Shown here in pieces: positions 1 through 10,522 of a DNA stretch of 64,000 nt; position 1 is the stretch's first letter; each line of letters opens with the position of its first letter. The notes beneath the pieces are model-generated. The model saw nothing but the letters and a program-made list of their open reading frames with translations. It had not been told where the DNA came from and ran no database searches. The translations under genes were made by a program, and so were the position numbers. Source of the stretch: Desulfatiglandales bacterium. GTDB lineage: Bacteria; Desulfobacterota; DSM-4660; Desulfatiglandales; Desulfatiglandaceae. Location of the stretch: assembly GCA_963662465.1 (NCBI GenBank), contig OY759599.1:6976001-7040000 (forward strand). The letters are read 5' to 3'.

Positions 1-1
1 A

Positions 2-328
2 TATCTGGAGTTTGTGAAGAACGCCCTTACAGGCGCGGTCAACGATCCCAGGGGCACCGGATCTCAAGCCCGTTTGGCGGATATTATGGTCGCCGGGAAG
101 ACCGGTACGGCCCAGGTGGTGAATCTCAAGAAGGAGAAAGACGCCAAAGTGGGGGGAGAAATTCCCTGGAAGTACCGGGATCATGCCTGGTTCGTTGCGG
201 TTGCGCCGGCAGAAGCCCCAAGGATTACCGTGGCCGTTCTCATTGAGCATGGCGGGCACGGCGGCAGTGCCGCTGCCCCCATTGCCAGGACGCTTATTGA
301 TGCGTATCTCAGGGTCCCGGTCGATTAA
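2..328 (+). CDS. mrdA: Penicillin-binding protein 2, C-terminal part (runs off window start)
   Basis: AGKTGTAQV and DHAWFV motifs; directly upstream of rodA. Confidence 0.93.
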   Translation, partial: YLEFVKNALTGAVNDPRGTGSQARLADIMVAGKTGTAQVVNLKKEKDAKVGGEIPWKYRDHAWFVAVAPAEAPRITVAVLIEHGGHGGSAAAPIARTLIDAYLRVPVD

Positions 329-383
329 TAAAATTATGCTTATCCTCTCGTTCCCACGCGCCGGCGCGGGAACCCGGTGAATC

Positions 384-1487
384 ATGCTTGATCGAAGACT
401 GATCCAGAATTTTGATTGGGTTTTGCTGTTGCTGCTTCTCATGTTGGCGGGAACCAGTATCCTCAATCTCTACAGTGCTACCTATGCCATTCGGGATGTG
501 GGGGGGGCGCGGATCTTTTTAAAACAGGTTTATTGGTTTTTAATCGGGTTCAGCGTTTTTTTGATGATGATCACTTTCAATTATTATTCCCTGGAGCGGC
601 TGGCTTACCCGTTTTATTTTTTTACGGTGACGCTTTTAATCATGGTCCTGGTGGCGGGCAAGGTGATATCCGGGTCCCAGCGCTGGTTGAGTTTGGGCCC
701 CGTTATTTTTCAACCTTCGGAACTGGCAAAGATTTCAATGGTGCTGGTTCTGGCAAAATTTTTTAATGATAGAGGCGAGATCGAAGAATACCGATTAAGA
801 GACCTGTGGCAGCCTTTTATCCTTATCCTGATACCGTGCGGTCTTATTTTAAAAGAACCTGATTTGGGTACGTCCCTGTTTTTGGGGGCCATATCCCTGT
901 CGATGATTTTGATTGTCAAGGTCAACTGGAAATCGTTATTGATCTTTATGGGCGGTTGTTTTCTGGTTGCGCCGGTGATCTGGTTTGGTTTGAAGGATTA
1001 CCAGCAGAAACGCATCTTTACCTTTCTGAGGCCTGATATTGACCCCCTGGGCGCCGGATATCATATCAATCAATCCAAAATTGCCATTGGTTCCGGTCAA
1101 TTCTGGGGCAAAGGATATTTGCGGGGAACACAAACACGGCTGCATTTTCTGCCTGAACAACATACCGACTTCGCTTTTTCCGTCCTGGCCGAAGAGTGGG
1201 GGCTGGCAGGCGTCACGGCGCTGTTGCTGCTGTACCTTTTTCTGATTTTGTGGGGATTGAATATTGCCAAAGGTTCCAAGGACAGGTTTGGGGCAATTCT
1301 TGCCGTGGGCATTGTTGCCATTGTGTTCTGGCAGGTCGTCATTAATGTGGGGATGGTCACGGGCCTTTTGCCGGTAGTGGGTATTCCGCTGCTGCTTTTC
1401 AGCTACGGCGGTTCATCCCTGATTTCAACCATGGCGGCCATGGGTCTTTTGATGAACATCAGTATGAGGCGTTTTATGTTCCAATAG
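384..1487 (+). CDS. rodA: Rod shape-determining protein RodA (SEDS family)
   Basis: QPSELAK, EPDLGT, LPEQHTDFAF and SYGGSS motifs; multiple TM segments. Confidence 0.96.
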   Translation: MLDRRLIQNFDWVLLLLLLMLAGTSILNLYSATYAIRDVGGARIFLKQVYWFLIGFSVFLMMITFNYYSLERLAYPFYFFTVTLLIMVLVAGKVISGSQRWLSLGPVIFQPSELAKISMVLVLAKFFNDRGEIEEYRLRDLWQPFILILIPCGLILKEPDLGTSLFLGAISLSMILIVKVNWKSLLIFMGGCFLVAPVIWFGLKDYQQKRIFTFLRPDIDPLGAGYHINQSKIAIGSGQFWGKGYLRGTQTRLHFLPEQHTDFAFSVLAEEWGLAGVTALLLLYLFLILWGLNIAKGSKDRFGAILAVGIVAIVFWQVVINVGMVTGLLPVVGIPLLLFSYGGSSLISTMAAMGLLMNISMRRFMFQ

Positions 1488-1634
1488 TTGTTACTGCAGG
1501 GTGCAGGGTGCAAAAAAATCAGCTTTATCCTGCCCCCTGACAACTGCTTCTGTTTTTGTTGCATGAAAACGGAATCTTATGCTATAGGTCCTTGCATTTT
1601 GCTTATTGAGCGATAGATTTGACCGAGGTTTACA

Positions 1635-2630
1635 TTGACGAAATCATCTTCCAAGAAAAAGAGTTCCTTGATCAGCAAAAAGATCAGTTTTCCGGATAAT
1701 GAATTGATGCGGGCTCTCTGTGGAGAGCAAAATGCTCATTTGCACCTGATTGAAAAGAAGATCGGCGTTTCCCTGAATTTGAGGGGGAATGTGTTGTTGC
1801 TTCAGGGCGGGGATTGGGAAGTGGAACTGGCTGAAAGGGTTTTGTCTCAGCTTTATCACTTGTTGGAGTCTCAGTATCCCTTATATATCAATGACGTGGA
1901 TCATGCTGTAAGGATTTTGAGCGGTGACCGTTCCGTGGATTTGAAGAAGATATTCAAAGATGAGGTTTACATTACCTCCCAGAAGAAAATTATTACCCCC
2001 AAAACCATCAACCAGAAAAAATACATCGACAGCATTAAAAAATATGATATCGTGTTTGGAATCGGGCCGGCGGGAACGGGAAAGACCTACCTTGCCATGG
2101 CCATGGCCGTGGCCTCATTGATCAAAAAAGAGTGCAGCCGGATTATTCTGGCTCGACCGGCGGTGGAGGCGGGGGAGCGCCTGGGCTTTCTGCCGGGAGA
2201 TCTGTATGAAAAAATAAACCCCTATCTTCGGCCTTTGTACGATGCGCTTCACGATATGATGCCCTTTGAAAACGCATCCGACCTGTTGGAGAAGGGGGTG
2301 ATCGAGGTGGCGCCCCTGGCGTTTATGAGGGGCCGGACGTTGAACGATTCCTTTGTGATCCTGGATGAGGCGCAAAATGCCACGCCTGAGCAGATGAAAA
2401 TGTTTCTGACTCGCCTGGGTTTTAGTTCCAAGGCGGTGATTACCGGTGATATCACTCAAACGGATTTGCCCAAAGGGCAGATATCGGGTTTGATTGAAGC
2501 GCAGCAGACCTTGACGGGAATTGAAGGCATTCAGATTGTTTTGTTTTCCAGGGAAGACGTGATCAGACACCCGTTGGTTCAGAAGATTATCGATGCTTAC
2601 GAAGAACTGGAAAACCGGAAAAAGGCTTGA
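1635..2630 (+). CDS. phoH: PhoH family ATPase
   Basis: GPAGTGKT, RPAVEAGERLGFLPG, APLAFMRGRTL, LDEAQN. Confidence 0.95.
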   Translation: MTKSSSKKKSSLISKKISFPDNELMRALCGEQNAHLHLIEKKIGVSLNLRGNVLLLQGGDWEVELAERVLSQLYHLLESQYPLYINDVDHAVRILSGDRSVDLKKIFKDEVYITSQKKIITPKTINQKKYIDSIKKYDIVFGIGPAGTGKTYLAMAMAVASLIKKECSRIILARPAVEAGERLGFLPGDLYEKINPYLRPLYDALHDMMPFENASDLLEKGVIEVAPLAFMRGRTLNDSFVILDEAQNATPEQMKMFLTRLGFSSKAVITGDITQTDLPKGQISGLIEAQQTLTGIEGIQIVLFSREDVIRHPLVQKIIDAYEELENRKKA

Positions 2631-5170
2631 GGCGGCACTGCGCTGTTATGTCAAGGCATACCTCATATGGCTCTAAATTGAAGATATTTCACCCAAAAAA
2701 AATATCCGGCCGAAGGGAAAAGGATGTGTCTTCCAGAGTTAAAACAGCTCGGTCGGTACGTGCGTTCTGGCTTCGGGATGATACCCGGAAATGGTGTATT
2801 CTGATGGGCCTCAGCCTGATCATTTCCGTTTTGCTTTTTCCCAGCATTTTGACGCCTCCCAAAACATACAATCTGGGCGATGTGGCCGACCGCGATATCA
2901 AGGCCTCCAGGGAATTCCTGGTTGAAAACAGCGAACTCACGGAAAAAAACAGACAGGAGGCGGTCCGGGCGGTTATGCCCGTTTATGATTTTGATCCCAC
3001 TGCAAGCGATGTGGTTCCCCGAATACGAGAGGCCTTTGCGATCGGTCGGAAGTATTCGGCCGATTCTCTGAAATCGGCATGGATGTCGACGTCCCCTGAA
3101 AATGCTCAAAACGAACATCTTTCGATCACAAATGCCTTTCGAAAGCGATTTTTTGAAATCCTGGACATCCCCGAAAACGATGCCTTGGTCCATATCCTGG
3201 TCATGAACGATTTTTCTCCGAAGGCGGAATCGGCTGTTGTCAAACTGGTCGGCGATGTTTTTAGAAAGGGTGTGGTGGGCAATCAGGTGATGCTGATGAC
3301 CTACCGCGGCAAGGGGATCATCCTTCAAAATATTCAGGACGGAAAGGAGGAGACTATTTCCGATCTTGAGCGTTTTTATGACCTTAAAACCGCGCAAGGG
3401 TTTGTTCGAAACCAGGGGAAGTCGCTTGCGCTGAACATATGGCCTGAAAAATTGGCGGAAGCCTCTTTAGAACTGGCCGTATCGCTTATTAAGCCCAATC
3501 TTACATTTAACAAGCGCGAAACCGCGCTATTGAAGGAAACCGCCGGAAGGTCCGTTAAACCCTTTTTCTTCAAGGTCAAAAAAGGAGAAATCTTTATTCG
3601 GGAAGGAGAGCGGGTTACACCGGAACAACTCCTCAAATTAAGCGCTCAGTATAAGAGTTTAAAACAAAAAAAGATGCTGGGAAGGGTTCCCGCTATGGTG
3701 GTTCTCATGACCTTTCTGCTGATTTCCATGTATCATATGGGCTTGGGAAAGAGCCGGGCGACCGGTTCCGAGATCAGAGATCTGGCGCTGAACGCCGTGA
3801 TGCTGCTGGTCATATTCTTTGTGGTGATTGCGTTTAATTTCGTAGCTTTTGAAACCGCCAGGGGGTTCCATTTTTTCTCTCCAAGAGCCCTGCTGTATGC
3901 CGTTCCGGTCGCCGGCGGCGCCATGCTCATTTGCATCTTTCATGGCATGGTAACGGCCGCCGGTTTTTCTCTTATTGCGTCTGTTCTGGCCTGTATGGTT
4001 GTGGACGGTCGCGTGGAGTTTTTTGTCTATTTTTTCGTCAGTTCTTTTTTGGCGGCGACCTGGGTGCGTCGGTACAGGGCAAGGGGCGTTTTCATTGAGG
4101 CCGGTCTTAAGGTCGGCTTGTGCAATATGATCCTTGCCCTTGCCATGGAAGGATTGTATGGGCCCTTTTTTAACGTGGAGACCCTTATCGCCTGTTGTTC
4201 GGCATTTATCGGCGGCGTGTTGGTGGGCGTAATCGCCACGGGACTGATGCCGCTCATTGAAATGACCTTCGGCTATACCACGGATATCAAGCTCATGGAA
4301 TTGGCCAATCTCGACCAGCCGCTTCTGCGGGAGTTGATGGTTCAGGCGCCGGGAACTTATCACCACAGTGTTATCGTCAGCAATATGGTGGAGGCGTCTG
4401 CCCGGGCTATCGGTGCAAATCCGTTGCTGGCCAAGGTGGCCGCCTATTATCATGATATCGGCAAGATCAAAAAGCCGCTTTATTTCATCGAGAATCAAGG
4501 GGGAAGGGCCAACCGGCATGAAAAACTGGCGCCCTCCATGAGTAGCCTCATCCTGATCGCCCATGTGAAGGACGGGGTGGAACTGGCTAAACAGGCCAAG
4601 CTGGGACGGGAGATCATCGCGATTATCAAGCAGCATCATGGGACGTCCCTGATTATGTTTTTCTATGGGAAGGCCAAGGAACGGGCCGAGAAAAAAGGGG
4701 ATAAATCAATTCAGGTCAAAGAGGAAGATTTTCGTTATCCGGGGCCTAAGCCTCAGACCAAGGAAGCGGGCCTCGTGATGCTGGCGGATGTTATCGAGGC
4801 GGCTTCCAAGACGCTGGTAGACCCGACGCCGGCGCGAATACAGGGAATGGTGCAGAAAATTATGAACAAGATTTTTTCAGACGGGCAGCTGGATGAGTGT
4901 GAGTTGACCCTGAAAGACCTGCATGCCATTGCTAAAAGCTTTAACCAGACGTTGAGCGGCATTTTTCATCATCGGATTGAATATCCGGACCCTGTGGCGA
5001 AGATTGCATCCGTGCGGAATCGAGACGGTGTGGGAAGCGGTAAAAACGGGATGAACAGGAAGGGAGAAAATGGAGATACAGATCAAAACGGAGCGTCCGG
5101 CCCCCGGGTTGGACGAGCAGAAAATAAAAGTGAAAGTGAAGAGAGTCTTAGAAGACTTGGACTGTCTTGA
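2627..5170 (+). CDS. 7TM-HD (HDIG) phosphohydrolase, PgpH-like; start uncertain (ATG at 2648 possible)
   Basis: APGTYHHS, YYHDIGK, QHHGT, FRYPGPKPQTKEA; phoH-HD-ybeY synteny. Confidence 0.9.
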   Translation: MRRHCAVMSRHTSYGSKLKIFHPKKISGRREKDVSSRVKTARSVRAFWLRDDTRKWCILMGLSLIISVLLFPSILTPPKTYNLGDVADRDIKASREFLVENSELTEKNRQEAVRAVMPVYDFDPTASDVVPRIREAFAIGRKYSADSLKSAWMSTSPENAQNEHLSITNAFRKRFFEILDIPENDALVHILVMNDFSPKAESAVVKLVGDVFRKGVVGNQVMLMTYRGKGIILQNIQDGKEETISDLERFYDLKTAQGFVRNQGKSLALNIWPEKLAEASLELAVSLIKPNLTFNKRETALLKETAGRSVKPFFFKVKKGEIFIREGERVTPEQLLKLSAQYKSLKQKKMLGRVPAMVVLMTFLLISMYHMGLGKSRATGSEIRDLALNAVMLLVIFFVVIAFNFVAFETARGFHFFSPRALLYAVPVAGGAMLICIFHGMVTAAGFSLIASVLACMVVDGRVEFFVYFFVSSFLAATWVRRYRARGVFIEAGLKVGLCNMILALAMEGLYGPFFNVETLIACCSAFIGGVLVGVIATGLMPLIEMTFGYTTDIKLMELANLDQPLLRELMVQAPGTYHHSVIVSNMVEASARAIGANPLLAKVAAYYHDIGKIKKPLYFIENQGGRANRHEKLAPSMSSLILIAHVKDGVELAKQAKLGREIIAIIKQHHGTSLIMFFYGKAKERAEKKGDKSIQVKEEDFRYPGPKPQTKEAGLVMLADVIEAASKTLVDPTPARIQGMVQKIMNKIFSDGQLDECELTLKDLHAIAKSFNQTLSGIFHHRIEYPDPVAKIASVRNRDGVGSGKNGMNRKGENGDTDQNGASGPRVGRAENKSESEESLRRLGLS

Positions 5171-5519
5171 AAAAGAGTTGAGCATTCTATTTACGGGCGA
5201 TGAATACATGGCGGAATTGAACCGTCAATATCGGGACAAGGAAGGCCCTACTGATGTGTTGTCCTTTCCCATGCAGGACCCCACGAGGGATGTCGGCAAT
5301 CGCTTTCCTGAAACAGGCATGCTGGGGGATGTGGCCATTTCCGTGGACACGGCGTTGCGGGATGCGGAGGAACTCGGCGAACCCCTGGAAAGGACCATCG
5401 ATCGACTCTTGATTCATGGTATTTTACATCTACTGGGGTATGATCATGAGAGATCTTCAGTGGATTCCATGTTGATGTCAAAAGAGGAAGAGCGTTTGAT
5501 GAATTTTTTCTGGATGTAA
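5070..5519 (+). CDS. ybeY: rRNA maturation RNase YbeY
   Basis: PTDVLSF and HGILHLLGYDH motifs. Confidence 0.96.
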   Translation: MEIQIKTERPAPGLDEQKIKVKVKRVLEDLDCLEKELSILFTGDEYMAELNRQYRDKEGPTDVLSFPMQDPTRDVGNRFPETGMLGDVAISVDTALRDAEELGEPLERTIDRLLIHGILHLLGYDHERSSVDSMLMSKEEERLMNFFWM

Positions 5520-5599
5520 AGTGACGAGTGAAGAGTCATCCGAGGGTTTGTTTTTCAACTCTTCACTTTTAACTTTTAACTCCTTTGGAGGTTGAATGA

Positions 5600-6346
5600 A
5601 TGGCAAAGTTGACCGTAAATGTGGATCATGTGGCAACGGTTCGTCAGGCCAGAGGCGTTGATGCTCCCGACCCGGTCCTGGCAGCAGGTCTTGCCGAGCT
5701 GGCGGGCGCCGATGGCATTATCTGTCACCTCAGGGAGGACAGGCGTCACATCAACGACAGAGATCTCCGATTGTTGCGGGAGACCGTCAAGACCAGGCTC
5801 AACATGGAAATGGCCCCCGTTGATGAAATGGTGAAAATCGCACTGGATGTCAAACCCCATATGGTCACTCTGGTGCCGGAAAAAAGAGAGGAACTGACAA
5901 CGGAAGGCGGCCTGGATGTTGTGGCGCGATCGGACCATTACCGCCATGTTGTTGAGCAATTCCATGAGGCGGGGATCAAGGTCAGTTTTTTTATAGACCC
6001 CGATCCGGAACAGGTGAAGGCCGCACATTTGTGTCGGGGCGATATTGTTGAACTCCATACGGGTCATTATTCCGAGGCAAGATCTGAAGATGAGGCCAAG
6101 AGGCGCTTTGCGCGGCTGGTCCTTGCGGCACAATCCGCTTCGGCGCTGGATCTGAGCATTAGTGCCGGTCACGGGCTTGACTATATGAATGTTAAAAGGT
6201 TCGAAGCGCTGCCGCTGGTGGAGGAGTACAGCATCGGGCACAGCATCGTTGCCATGGCGGTGATGGTGGGGTTTGAACAGGCGGTTCGGAAAATGATTGA
6301 ACTGGTGAAATTCTTTGGAAACCGCGGGGGCATGCCGTCATGTTAA
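5600..6346 (+). CDS. pdxJ: Pyridoxine 5'-phosphate synthase
   Basis: VNVDHVATVRQAR, HLREDRRHI, ELHTG, AGHGL. Confidence 0.97.
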   Translation: MAKLTVNVDHVATVRQARGVDAPDPVLAAGLAELAGADGIICHLREDRRHINDRDLRLLRETVKTRLNMEMAPVDEMVKIALDVKPHMVTLVPEKREELTTEGGLDVVARSDHYRHVVEQFHEAGIKVSFFIDPDPEQVKAAHLCRGDIVELHTGHYSEARSEDEAKRRFARLVLAAQSASALDLSISAGHGLDYMNVKRFEALPLVEEYSIGHSIVAMAVMVGFEQAVRKMIELVKFFGNRGGMPSC

Positions 6347-6789
6347 ATGCAAGCGATATTATGACTGCGGCGGTGATTACCGTTAAGAAGGAGACTTCCC
6401 TTACGGCGCTTGCCGGGATTCTCGCCAAAAACCATATCAACGGGGTTCCCGTGGTGGATGAGGAAGGATTGCTGATCGGCATTATTTGTGAAAGCGATCT
6501 GATTCGGAAGGACAAGAAACTGCATATTCCCACTGTGGTTGCGCTTTTCGATGCCGTGTTTTATCTTGAAAGTTCGAAAAAACTGGAAAAGGAAATTCAA
6601 CTGATCAACGCTACCACCGTTGAAGAGCTGTTTACCCGGAAGGTGATTACCGTGGATGCCAAAACGCCCGTCGATGAAATTGCCACCATCATGACCCGGA
6701 AAAAGATTTATACGATTCCCGTGATGGATGGCAACCGCATGGTAGGCATTGTCGGCAAGGCCGATGTGATAAGGTCTTTTGTCTCTTGA
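6340..6789 (+). CDS. CBS domain protein
   Basis: Tandem CBS motifs (GVPVVD..GII..SDL). Confidence 0.9.
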   Translation: MLNASDIMTAAVITVKKETSLTALAGILAKNHINGVPVVDEEGLLIGIICESDLIRKDKKLHIPTVVALFDAVFYLESSKKLEKEIQLINATTVEELFTRKVITVDAKTPVDEIATIMTRKKIYTIPVMDGNRMVGIVGKADVIRSFVS

Positions 6790-7268
6790 AAACAAAAAAC
6801 GTGTGTTATCGGACTCGCTCCCCTGAAGAAACCGTGGCGCTGGGCCAAAAACTGGGGAGGCTTCTTCAAAAGGGAGATCTGGTTGCTCTGGCGGGAGAAC
6901 TGGGTTGCGGGAAGACGTGGTTCACCAAAGGCATTGCGCTGGGTGTGGGGGTTTCCCCCCGTACGGTGGTGACCAGTCCCTCTTTTGCGCTGATGAATGA
7001 ATACCAGGGGGAAACCACGCTTTTCCATATGGATGTTTACCGTTTGGAAACGGATGAGGATTTCCTGGCGACGGGTCTCGATGAATGTTTTGACGGCGGC
7101 GGCGTCGTGGTGATGGAATGGGGCGATAAATGGCCGGATATTCTGCCGGATTGTCGGTTGAATGTGGCATTTTCAATTCTGGGTGAGCAATCGCGGGAAT
7201 TGCGGATGACGGGAAATCATTTTCGGGTGATTGAAATATTGGCAGGGCTTGAAAAATCAGGCGTTTGA
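6786..7268 (+). CDS. tsaE: t6A biosynthesis ATPase TsaE
   Basis: GELGCGKT, VTSPSF, HMDVYRL, EW. Confidence 0.95.
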   Translation: MKTKNVCYRTRSPEETVALGQKLGRLLQKGDLVALAGELGCGKTWFTKGIALGVGVSPRTVVTSPSFALMNEYQGETTLFHMDVYRLETDEDFLATGLDECFDGGGVVVMEWGDKWPDILPDCRLNVAFSILGEQSRELRMTGNHFRVIEILAGLEKSGV

Positions 7269-7281
7269 ATGAGGAAAGGGT

Positions 7282-8514
7282 ATGGCACGCATTGTACAAA
7301 AGTATGGCGGTACTTCGGTGGGCAGCATTGAAAAGATAAAGGCGGTGGCTGAGCGCGTTATTGAGGCCCATAAGCATGGCAACCAGATGGTCGTGGTGTT
7401 GTCCGCCATGGCCGGTCAAACCGATGGACTGATCAATATGGCAAAAGAGATCAATCCCGACCCGGATTCACGGGAACTGGATGTGCTGATGTCCACGGGG
7501 GAGCAGGTCAGCGTGGCCCTGTTTGCCATGGCGGTGAAATCCTTTGGGTATGACGCCCTGTCCCTGCTGGGGTTTCAGGCCGCCATCCATACGGACGATC
7601 TATACGGCAGGGCCAGGATTCAGGATATTGAAATCGATCGGATTGTTCAAAATCTGGATGCCGGTCGGATTGTTACGGTGGCCGGGTTTCAGGGTCTTAA
7701 CGCCTGCGGCGACATCACCACCCTGGGTCGCGGCGGGTCCGACACCACGGCGGTGGCCCTTGCGGCGGCGTTGGATGCTGATGTTTGCGAGATCTTGACG
7801 GATGTGGATGGGGTTTATACCACGGATCCCAATGTGTGTCGCAAAGCCAGGAAGATGGATTTCATTTCATACGATGAAATGCTGGAGATGGCCAGCATGG
7901 GCGCCAAAGTCCTTGAAATCCGCTCGGTGGAGTTTGCCAAGAAATTCAATGTGCCGATTCACGTAAGGTCCACTTTTACCAATGAAAGGGGTACGATGGT
8001 GGTTGCTGAAACAAAAGACATGGAAAAAGTCGCGGTATCGGGTGTGGCTTATAATAAAAATGAGGCCAGGATCACCATTCGAAAAATTCCGGATCAACCG
8101 GGTGTGGCGTCCAGGATATTCGATCCGGTCTTTAGAGCCGGCATTGTGGTGGACATGATTGTGCAGAATACCAGTCAGGATGGATTTACCGACCTGACGT
8201 TTACGGTGCCCAAGGCGGACTTTTATAAAACCATGAAGCTCGTTAGCGACGTGGGGGAGGATGTGGGCGCTGAAACGGTCCTGGGGGACGAGGATATTGC
8301 AAAAGTGTCCATCATCGGCGTCGGCATGCGGGTTCATGCGGGCATTGCCAAAAAAATGTTCGCGGCCCTGGCCAATAAAAACATCAATATCATGATGATC
8401 AGTACATCCGAAATTAAAATCTCCTGCATCATAGAGGAAACATATACCGAACTGGCGGTACGTGTTCTTCACGACGTTTTTGGCCTGGATCATGAAAAAG
8501 AGGAATTCCAATAG
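7282..8514 (+). CDS. lysC: Aspartate kinase
   Basis: QKYGGTSV, TLGRGGSDTTA, two ACT domains ending STSEIKIS. Confidence 0.97.
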   Translation: MARIVQKYGGTSVGSIEKIKAVAERVIEAHKHGNQMVVVLSAMAGQTDGLINMAKEINPDPDSRELDVLMSTGEQVSVALFAMAVKSFGYDALSLLGFQAAIHTDDLYGRARIQDIEIDRIVQNLDAGRIVTVAGFQGLNACGDITTLGRGGSDTTAVALAAALDADVCEILTDVDGVYTTDPNVCRKARKMDFISYDEMLEMASMGAKVLEIRSVEFAKKFNVPIHVRSTFTNERGTMVVAETKDMEKVAVSGVAYNKNEARITIRKIPDQPGVASRIFDPVFRAGIVVDMIVQNTSQDGFTDLTFTVPKADFYKTMKLVSDVGEDVGAETVLGDEDIAKVSIIGVGMRVHAGIAKKMFAALANKNINIMMISTSEIKISCIIEETYTELAVRVLHDVFGLDHEKEEFQ

Positions 8515-8863
8515 CGGCGCCGGCGCGTTTTGCCTGCTTTTTTTGCTGTTGCTCATTCATTCTTTGGGACAGCCTTTAAACCCGGGCAGCCGAGTGCTTG
8601 TAGCGCGTCCCGCGGAAAAGGTGGATATTCGGTCCGGTGAATTGTCGCCTTTTTACCGGTTGACCCTGGGGATGCCCATTTCCGTTAATGGAAGCACGGC
8701 CGTGGGGTTAACCGCCGTGCCTGGCATCGGACCCAAAACGGCCGCGGCTATTGTTCGCGCCCGTGAGCAGGCCGGTGGGTTTTCAGCGTTGAAGGATCTG
8801 ATGTCCATCCGGGGGATCGGCCCTTCCCTTTATCAAAAAATAAGCCCTTATCTGACATTATAG
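8492..8863 (+). CDS. ComEA-like helix-hairpin-helix DNA-binding protein
   Basis: VPGIGPKTA..I...R and IRGIGP HhH motifs; hydrophobic N-terminus. Confidence 0.8.
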   Translation: MKKRNSNSGAGAFCLLFLLLLIHSLGQPLNPGSRVLVARPAEKVDIRSGELSPFYRLTLGMPISVNGSTAVGLTAVPGIGPKTAAAIVRAREQAGGFSALKDLMSIRGIGPSLYQKISPYLTL

Positions 8864-8879
8864 GGGAATTGAGGATAGG

Positions 8880-9908
8880 ATGATTATCCTGGGAATAGAT
8901 ACCTCCTGCGACGATACCTCGGCCGGAATTGTGGTGGATGGAACAGAGATCCCGGCCAATGTGATTCACTCCCAGGTGGCCGTACACCATCCCCACGGCG
9001 GTGTCGTTCCCGAGCTGGCTTCCAGGGAGCATGTGCGAAATATCGTGCCTGTAGTGGAAGAGGCCCTGAAGCATGCGGGGCTTAAAATGGCGGAGTTGGA
9101 CGGCATTGCCGTCACCGTGGGCCCCGGATTGGTGGGGGCCCTTCTGGTGGGACTCTATTATGCCAAAGGGCTGGCCTATGTTCTGGATAAACCGTTAATG
9201 GCGGTGAACCACCTGGAAGGCCATATCCTTTCCATTTTTCTGGAAGGGGAACATCCGGCCTTTCCCTTTGTGGCCCTGACCGTCTCCGGTGGGCACACAA
9301 GCCTCTATCATGTGGAAGATTTCGGTCGCTATGCCCTTCTGGGGCAAACCCTTGATGATGCGGCCGGCGAGGCATTTGACAAAATCGCCAAGATTTCCGG
9401 AATGGGATACCCGGGAGGCGTTGCCATTGAAAAAGCAGCTGTAAAAGGACGGCATGACGCGGTGGCGTTTCCACGGGCCTATATGTCCAAATCGTCTTTA
9501 GACTTCAGTTTCAGCGGGCTTAAGACTGCGGTTTCCCTGTTCCTGAAAAAATGGCGCGAGGACCCCTCTTTAAGCGCCGAGATCAGTCTGTTCGATATCG
9601 TTGCGTCTTTTCAGGAGGCCGTCGTGGATGTCCTCGTGGACAAAGCCATGGTTGCCGGAAAACGGATGGGGGCGGCTTCGGTGGTGTTGGCAGGCGGTGT
9701 GGCGTGCAACAATCGCTTGAGAAGCCGCTTGGTGGAAGCTGCGGGCCTGGACGGCATGCGGGTTTATTTTCCGCGCCCCGCCTATTGCACGGACAATGGG
9801 GCCATGATCGCTTTGGCGGGCTACCACAGGCTTTTGAAAAACAAAATCGCCCATATGGCGGTGGACGCACGGGCCAAGTATCCGATTCAGGACCTCATGT
9901 CCGAGTGA
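8880..9908 (+). CDS. tsaD: tRNA N6-adenosine threonylcarbamoyltransferase TsaD
   Basis: GIDTSCDDT, GGVVPELASREH, NHLEGH, CTDNGAMIA. Confidence 0.97.
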   Translation: MIILGIDTSCDDTSAGIVVDGTEIPANVIHSQVAVHHPHGGVVPELASREHVRNIVPVVEEALKHAGLKMAELDGIAVTVGPGLVGALLVGLYYAKGLAYVLDKPLMAVNHLEGHILSIFLEGEHPAFPFVALTVSGGHTSLYHVEDFGRYALLGQTLDDAAGEAFDKIAKISGMGYPGGVAIEKAAVKGRHDAVAFPRAYMSKSSLDFSFSGLKTAVSLFLKKWREDPSLSAEISLFDIVASFQEAVVDVLVDKAMVAGKRMGAASVVLAGGVACNNRLRSRLVEAAGLDGMRVYFPRPAYCTDNGAMIALAGYHRLLKNKIAHMAVDARAKYPIQDLMSE

Positions 9909-10003
9909 TGGATGGTGTCCGTAAAACAATATTTTTCTAAATCTCTATTCGGCGGAAACATGGAGACGAAATCACTTCGGTAAATTTCCATGTCTGAGAA
10001 ATC

Positions 10004-10522
10004 TTGAAAGTACGCAGGCTGGTTCGATATTATTATCTCCGATTCATTCGATTGAGGGGCGATCCCCACGAGTTGGCGCTCGGCATGACGTTTGGGATTT
10101 TTACGGGTATGATGCCCGTGATGCCTTTTCAAATGGCCCTTTCCGTTGCGTTGGCACTCGCTTTCAAGGGAAGTAAAATTACGGCGGCTCTGGGAACCTG
10201 GGTTAGTAATCCGCTGAACTGGTATTTTCTTTACTACTTCAGTTATAAGCTGGGGGCCTGGAGCCTTGGCATGGAAGGCCACAACGCCATGTTTGGAACC
10301 ATTATGACCATGGTTCGCTCGGGTGAGGAATCAATGGTCATTGTGGAAAAAATTCTGGCTGCCGGCGGGCTCATGGGCGCCTGTTTTTTAGTGGGCGGTT
10401 TGATCATGGGGACGTGTGTGGCAATTCCCTCTTATTTTATTTTCCTCTATATTTTTAAACGGATACGGAACTGGCGCGAATCGCGAAAGGGGCGGGGGCA
10501 TTGGCATTTGTCGGATCACTGA
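10004..10522 (+). CDS. DUF2062 membrane protein
   Basis: PHELALG..FG and GTWVSNPL motifs. Confidence 0.8.
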   Translation: MKVRRLVRYYYLRFIRLRGDPHELALGMTFGIFTGMMPVMPFQMALSVALALAFKGSKITAALGTWVSNPLNWYFLYYFSYKLGAWSLGMEGHNAMFGTIMTMVRSGEESMVIVEKILAAGGLMGACFLVGGLIMGTCVAIPSYFIFLYIFKRIRNWRESRKGRGHWHLSDH